36,348 bases of DNA from a virus, in the UHGV virus genome UHGV-0446651, one strand, 5' to 3'. The translations under genes and the position numbers were made by a program. A model generated the notes under the pieces. The model worked only from the letters and a program-made list of their open reading frames with translations, was not told the origin of the DNA and ran no database searches. Positions 31,058-36,348 of the stretch are shown piece after piece; position 1 is the stretch's first letter, and every line of letters starts with the position of its first letter.

Positions 31058-33388
31058 ATGGGTTATGATGGCTCATTAAAATTTAACACAGAAATAAACG
31101 ATTCTGGATTCAATTCAGGAATTTCCAAACTTGGCAGCGTTGCAAGCGGAGGATTAAAAGTGATTGCTGGCTCAGTGGCTGGAGTTGCCGCAGCATTTGG
31201 GGCAGTGTCTAAAATGTCTCTTGATTCCGTTGCAAGCTTGGAACAGAACATAGGCGGTGTCGAGACACTGTTTAAAGATAGTGCGCAGACAGTGATCGAT
31301 AACGCGAACAATGCGTATAAGACAGCTGGTGTATCCGCAAATAAGTACATGGAGACTGTAACAAGCTTTTCTGCATCACTTTTACAGGGGCTTGGAAACA
31401 ATACCGCAGAAGCCGCCAGAATAGCAGACATGGCAATGGTAGACATGTCAGACAATGCGAATAAATTTGGTTCCAACATGACGGATATCCAAAATGCTTA
31501 TCAGGGATTTGCGAAGCAGAACTACACAATGTTGGATAACCTGAAACTTGGATATGGTGGAACACAGGCTGAAATGATCCGCTTGATTAACGACAGCGGC
31601 ATTCTCAACGAAAAAATAGAGAATCTTGACAATGTGTCGTTCGACCAGATCATTCAGGCAATCCACAAGATTCAAGAAAATATGGGTATTGCCGGAACGA
31701 CAAGCGCAGAAGCATTGACTACCATAGAGGGTTCTGTGCAATCCGCAAAAGCGGCGTTTGATAACTTTTTGAATGGTTCAAGTTCACCTCAGGAGTTGGC
31801 AGATGCTGTAAAGGCGGCGGCTGAAAATATAACGAACAATTTGATGCAGATCGTTCCAAGACTTGCAAAAGAACTCCCGGAAGTTGGAAACATGTTGATG
31901 GACAGTCTTTCGCAGTCACTTAATTCCGGGAAACTTGGAGAAATGATGCAGATCGGCGGGCAAGTTATTTCCAATATAACAACTGGAATCATACAGGCGT
32001 TACCAGGAATTGTTACTGCATCAGCACAAATTATAAGTTCGTTTGCGGAAAATATCAGCACAAGTATACCACAACTGTTGTCGTCTGGGATCCAGATCAT
32101 ACAGGCAATAATAAACGGGATGATGCAGGTATTACCGTCTGTCGGCTTACTTATAACCCAGCTTATTACAACTCTATACGAGCAGATAACATCTCAGGGG
32201 CCAAGTTTTTTGCAGCAAGGCTATGAATTGTTAAGCAATCTGATTGATGGATTCGTAAAGGCAATTCCAGAAGCGTTGCCGAAAGTGCTTGATTTTATAC
32301 AAGGAATCGGAGAAAAGCTTGCAGAAGCTGCACCTGTAATGATTCAAAAAGGTTTTGAGTTGCTACAGAAATTAGTCGAGGGAATTGTGACCGCAATACC
32401 GATATTGATTGAGCGAGTCCCAGAGATTATTTCTACATTCGCAAACATTATTAACGACAATTTCCCGACGATTTTAATGAAGGGCGCGGAATTGCTTGGG
32501 CAGTTGGCACTCGGGCTTATTCAGGCAATACCAACTCTGATTGCAAACATTCCCCAGATCATAGCAGCTATTGTTGACACACTGATGGCATTCCAGTGGC
32601 TGAACCTTGGTAAAACCATTATAACCGCACTGGGAAATGGAATTAAGTCTATGGTCGGATTCGCAATAGAGTGTGGAAAAAATATTTTGAATGGAATTAA
32701 ATCCTCTATTCAGAATCTTCCAATTTTATTGCGGGATATCGGACGTACTGCGATGACTGGATTCTCAAATGTAATACAGACGTCGATTGTCGCTGTTAAA
32801 AACGCTGTTTCTGGGATAGCAAATGCTATTATTAGCACAATCTCATCCGTTCCCGGGAAAATGATATCCATTGGAAGTAATATTGTCCAAGGAATCTGGA
32901 ACGGAATATCCAACATGACTGGTTGGATTATTGACAAGATTGGAGGATTCGCTGATAGTGTAGTTACATCTATTTGCGATTTTTTCGGCATAAAATCACC
33001 GTCCAGAGTTATGCGAGACCAAGTCGGGAAATACCTTGCAATGGGCGTAGGTGTTGGATACGAAAAGTATATGCCGTACAAAGAGATGAAAAAAGTATCC
33101 GGTAAGGTAGTGTCTCAGTTGTCTGCATCTGTGAGCGGTATAACATTATCAGTGCCGGAAAGCGCTGGAAGCCAAACGTACCAGAAAAGCGTTGGAATCC
33201 GGAAGTCTGAAAATAATAACGAGCTACTCTACGCAGTAGATCGTCTATCCAGACTTGCCAACAGACCACTAGAGATTGTTAATAAAATTGACTCTGTAGA
33301 GACATCCAGAGTACTTGCCACTCCGATGCAAAACCAGATTAAAAAGAATCAAGATTTTAAAAAGATGTTAGGAGGTGACAGAAATTGA
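31058..33388 (+). CDS. Tail tape measure protein.
   Basis: 776 aa, Ala/Gly/Ile/Ser-rich with repeated helical segments. Location after the G/GT chaperones. RBS AAAGGAGGGATAGT. Confidence 0.85.
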   Translation: MGYDGSLKFNTEINDSGFNSGISKLGSVASGGLKVIAGSVAGVAAAFGAVSKMSLDSVASLEQNIGGVETLFKDSAQTVIDNANNAYKTAGVSANKYMETVTSFSASLLQGLGNNTAEAARIADMAMVDMSDNANKFGSNMTDIQNAYQGFAKQNYTMLDNLKLGYGGTQAEMIRLINDSGILNEKIENLDNVSFDQIIQAIHKIQENMGIAGTTSAEALTTIEGSVQSAKAAFDNFLNGSSSPQELADAVKAAAENITNNLMQIVPRLAKELPEVGNMLMDSLSQSLNSGKLGEMMQIGGQVISNITTGIIQALPGIVTASAQIISSFAENISTSIPQLLSSGIQIIQAIINGMMQVLPSVGLLITQLITTLYEQITSQGPSFLQQGYELLSNLIDGFVKAIPEALPKVLDFIQGIGEKLAEAAPVMIQKGFELLQKLVEGIVTAIPILIERVPEIISTFANIINDNFPTILMKGAELLGQLALGLIQAIPTLIANIPQIIAAIVDTLMAFQWLNLGKTIITALGNGIKSMVGFAIECGKNILNGIKSSIQNLPILLRDIGRTAMTGFSNVIQTSIVAVKNAVSGIANAIISTISSVPGKMISIGSNIVQGIWNGISNMTGWIIDKIGGFADSVVTSICDFFGIKSPSRVMRDQVGKYLAMGVGVGYEKYMPYKEMKKVSGKVVSQLSASVSGITLSVPESAGSQTYQKSVGIRKSENNNELLYAVDRLSRLANRPLEIVNKIDSVETSRVLATPMQNQIKKNQDFKKMLGGDRN

Positions 33389-34854
33389 GCCTATCAGTTA
33401 AGTTTAACGACCAAGAACTCGGAAAGTATTTAAACGTGCTTTCCGGGTTCTCCCCATTTAGTGGGGTAGACCGGGAAACAGAACTTTTGGACGGCGCAGA
33501 ATCGTGCAAAGGGGAAGATTACGGGTATACAACTTATAAGTCCAGAACGATAGAAATGCCCTTTGAAATTAAAGGCGATATCTTAGTAAGCTATGATGCG
33601 ATTCAGAAAATCCTAAATGTCGCAGAGCCGAAAAGGCTTGTGTTTGGGAATTATCCGGATCGCTATTTTTATGCTGTCCCTGACGGTAATTTTGATATAA
33701 CACAGGTTGCAATGTTTGGAAAAGGCACAATCACATGGCTAATCCCGGACGGAGTAGCATACTCTACCACAGAAAAACAATTCACTGGCGTCCAACAGAG
33801 CGGCTACCAGACAATTACCATCCAAAACAACGGCACCGAATGGGCAGATGTGGACTACGAGATCACACACAATCATGAAAACGGATTTATCGGACTTGTG
33901 AGCCAGTACGGAGTGATCCAGCTAGGGAAAGAGGAAGAAGCAGACGGAGAGAATTACAAAGCGTCTGAAAACCTGTTTGATGGATACAACCTGTTTCAAG
34001 ACGATCATGGAACGTCTTACCAAAATCCAGAGAATACCACACAAGGAACACTCGAAGTCAAGAATGTTGCCGGATATAACGTCATGGCATTAAAAGGTGG
34101 ACAAGCAACATCCGGATACTGGAACGGTGGAATGAGAACACTTACTATCCCAGTGGACAGCGAGGGCAGACGTGGGGCGAAGAACTTTTATTGCTACACC
34201 CAACACTGGTTTGAGACTGGCTTAATGGGACAGACAGGAGCACAGACCATTGCATTTCTGACGGGAGATAACAAGGTGATTTGCGCCATGTCTATTAACA
34301 AAAGTGATACAGTTGGAAACACGGCTCGTGTCGAGTGGTTTGCCCCAGGAAACACCTTAATCAGACGAGAAGAGTTCCAACCGACAGCCTACGAGGGCAA
34401 TCCGTTTAATCTTAAAATGGGATGCCACAACGACTTTTTAAAAGAGGGAGAAAAGCTGCGGATTTTTTGGTATGGGACCTACATGGAGCGAAATATACCG
34501 GAGATCAAAGATATGGAATGCGAGAAGATACAGGTCTGGATTGGACAGTGGGGAGATCGAAATCTTTCGAACCAGTACGTTACGCACAACTATTTAAAAA
34601 GCATCTGGTTTCGTAAGGACAACGTGGAAAAATATCAGGATGTGCCGAACCGATATCGTGCCGGAGATGTGGTGTCTATAGACGGGGAGAGCACGAAGGT
34701 CTACGTTAATGGTATGGTTGCTAAGGGAGATGAGATTACGGGGACGGACTATTTTAAAGTGCCACCCGGAACAACAGAAGTGCAGTTCTGCTATTCTTCC
34801 TTTTCTTCTCCACCGCCACAGATTAAAGCGAAAATACGGGAGGTGTATTTATAG
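33385..34854 (+). CDS. Distal tail protein (Dit) with a long C-terminal extension ('evolved' Dit, 489 aa).
   Basis: Siphovirus tail-component N-terminal region followed by about 250 extra residues. ATGA coupling with the tape measure gene. Confidence 0.7.
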   Translation: MSLSVKFNDQELGKYLNVLSGFSPFSGVDRETELLDGAESCKGEDYGYTTYKSRTIEMPFEIKGDILVSYDAIQKILNVAEPKRLVFGNYPDRYFYAVPDGNFDITQVAMFGKGTITWLIPDGVAYSTTEKQFTGVQQSGYQTITIQNNGTEWADVDYEITHNHENGFIGLVSQYGVIQLGKEEEADGENYKASENLFDGYNLFQDDHGTSYQNPENTTQGTLEVKNVAGYNVMALKGGQATSGYWNGGMRTLTIPVDSEGRRGAKNFYCYTQHWFETGLMGQTGAQTIAFLTGDNKVICAMSINKSDTVGNTARVEWFAPGNTLIRREEFQPTAYEGNPFNLKMGCHNDFLKEGEKLRIFWYGTYMERNIPEIKDMECEKIQVWIGQWGDRNLSNQYVTHNYLKSIWFRKDNVEKYQDVPNRYRAGDVVSIDGESTKVYVNGMVAKGDEITGTDYFKVPPGTTEVQFCYSSFSSPPPQIKAKIREVYL

Positions 34855-36348
34855 TGGATAATATCAGGATCGCGATTTTAAGCGCGAATAACACACCAGT
34901 AGCGTTTATGGACAACGGGCATAAAAAGTCCATGCACTACTGGAATGATGAGCTACACGAATACTTACAGGGAGCAGCGAATACCTATACTTTTACGGTA
35001 AACGCAAAACATCCAGACGCAGAACATGTTACAGTCGGAAACAAGGTAGCCTTTACACACAAGGGTAAATCTTACTACTTAAATATTGTAAATACCGATC
35101 AGACGGAGAAGATAATTACCGCTACGGCATGGTCTCTGTCATTTGAGCTTATAAACGAGGATGCCGGCGAATACAAAGCCGGAAAAGCAATGAGCTTTGA
35201 AGAGTACCTCGCTATTTTTGATGCTGAGAGAACACTAAAATTGGGACTCAATGAGGTGTCGGACAAACGGATTACCAACGAATGGACCGGCACAACGTCC
35301 GTATTAAAGAGATTATTCTCCCTGGCCAATGTATTTTCTGCGGAGATCGAATTTGAGACGGTCTTGAATAGAGATTACTCTTTAAAAGAGATTGTCCTGA
35401 ATGTCTACAGAGAACACGGTGATACAGACAGTGGTGTCGGAGAATACCGGAATGACATCGTACTGCGGTACGGAAAAGGAATTACCGGAATCCGTAAAAC
35501 CACAGATGCCGAGAAGCTTTACACCTGTATCCAGCCGGCCGGGAAAGACGGGCTGACGATCAATGGACTGGATAAAAAGGAATATGATGAGAACGGCAAT
35601 ATCGAATACTTTACAGACGGGGCACTCATCCGGGCACCGCAGGCAAGAGATCGATTCCCGTCCAACATCGTAAACAAGGACGATGCTTATATCATGCTGC
35701 GGAAAGAGTACGATACAGACAGCAAGGACAAGCTCTATAGTATGGCATTATCTGATCTAAAAGTTGCATCCGAGCCGGTAGTGACCTACGAGGTGGACGG
35801 GTACTTTGATACCAACATCGGGGACACCGTGAGGATGCAGGATCAGGAGTGGACACCAGTGCTTTATCTACAGGCGAGAGTGTCCGAACAGGTGCGCAGT
35901 CTTACCAATCCAAAAACAGCAAAGACGGTATTTACAAACTACAAAGAGCTGATGTCCGAAATATCCGGCGATCTCATTAAGAGGATGGAGGACTTGATTT
36001 CCAAAAATAAAGTTTACACCTGTTCCATCTCCACTAACAACGGCATTATCTTTAAAAATGGCATCGGTAGCACTACTCTGACAGCTTACGCTTACGATAA
36101 CGGCGTGGATGTGGCAGACAAGCTACAATTCCGATGGAGCAAAGATGGACAGGAGTTTTATGTTGGTAAGAGCGTTACGGTAAATGCTACTGACGTGGAT
36201 ACAAAGGCGGTGTACTCATTTGAGGCTCTAGAAAATGGGATAAAACGTGGGTATTACGAGGTCACAATCACGGATGTAATGGATGGAGAGGATGGAAAAA
36301 ACGGGGAACAGGGTCCTCAGGGCGAGAAAGGAGAGCAAGGCGAACAGG
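34854..36348 (+). CDS. Tail-associated protein (Tal / prophage-tail endopeptidase-type N-terminus), 3'-partial. It runs into a collagen-like tract at the window end and continues at 1..1562.
   Basis: GTG start overlaps the Dit stop. The N-terminus VDNIRIAILSANNTPVAFMDNGHKKSMHYWNDELHEYL resembles the phage minor structural protein N-terminal domain. Ends ...GKNGEQGPQGEKGEQGEQ with no stop. Confidence 0.75.
   Translation, partial: MDNIRIAILSANNTPVAFMDNGHKKSMHYWNDELHEYLQGAANTYTFTVNAKHPDAEHVTVGNKVAFTHKGKSYYLNIVNTDQTEKIITATAWSLSFELINEDAGEYKAGKAMSFEEYLAIFDAERTLKLGLNEVSDKRITNEWTGTTSVLKRLFSLANVFSAEIEFETVLNRDYSLKEIVLNVYREHGDTDSGVGEYRNDIVLRYGKGITGIRKTTDAEKLYTCIQPAGKDGLTINGLDKKEYDENGNIEYFTDGALIRAPQARDRFPSNIVNKDDAYIMLRKEYDTDSKDKLYSMALSDLKVASEPVVTYEVDGYFDTNIGDTVRMQDQEWTPVLYLQARVSEQVRSLTNPKTAKTVFTNYKELMSEISGDLIKRMEDLISKNKVYTCSISTNNGIIFKNGIGSTTLTAYAYDNGVDVADKLQFRWSKDGQEFYVGKSVTVNATDVDTKAVYSFEALENGIKRGYYEVTITDVMDGEDGKNGEQGPQGEKGEQGEQ

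Larger units (their letters stand above)
1..36348. mobile_element. Complete temperate siphovirus-like phage genome. Has int+attP, cI-like switch, replication, packaging, head, tail and lysis modules. Appears circularly closed across the window ends.
   Basis: Full modular gene order. The 3'-truncated last ORF and the 5'-truncated first ORF join in frame and in Gly-X-Y phase. attP sits next to int, which argues for a non-integrated (phage) form. Confidence 0.8.

Overview
The window is a complete temperate siphovirus-like phage genome of about 36.3 kb. It is most likely from a low-GC Gram-positive (Bacillota/Clostridia-like) host; the host call rests on AGGAGG-type RBSs, frequent TTG/GTG starts, a phiLC3/SPP1-type holin and XkdX-like mini-genes. 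The sequence appears circularly closed: the last ORF runs off the 3' end inside a collagen-like Gly-X-Y tract, and the first ORF continues the same frame and the same Gly phase from nucleotide 1. Gene order from position 1 is: Tal C-terminus with collagen-like tracts; second tail fiber/receptor-binding protein; small XkdX-like genes (tandem duplicate); lysis cassette (membrane protein, holin, Amidase_2 endolysin); attP (tRNA-Lys-like 3' fragment flanked by arm-type repeats); tyrosine integrase (-); lipoprotein (-); an embedded plus-strand small XRE-HTH gene flanked by perfect palindromes; cI-like repressor (-); divergent consensus promoters with operator repeats; early genes including a leftward 104-aa gene and an antirepressor; recombination/replication module (Gp157-like, Rad52/Sak-like annealing protein, RusA, replisome organizer carrying 11-bp phased iterons); orphan C5-cytosine methyltransferase with a triplicated repeat; a run of Cys-rich small proteins; ArpU-like late activator; a promoter-driven non-coding region with a truncated tRNA-like element, a long hairpin and an intact tRNA-Asn(GTT); TerS; TerL; portal; MuF-like minor head protein; scaffold; major capsid; collagen-like head protein; neck proteins; major tail protein; G/GT chaperones in a +1 frame relationship; Com-like zinc ribbon; tape measure; long Dit; Tal N-terminus. 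Coordinates from the ORF track are exact. Features I called by hand may be off by 1-2 nt. Most minus-strand ORFs in the track are antisense artefacts inside well-supported plus-strand genes.
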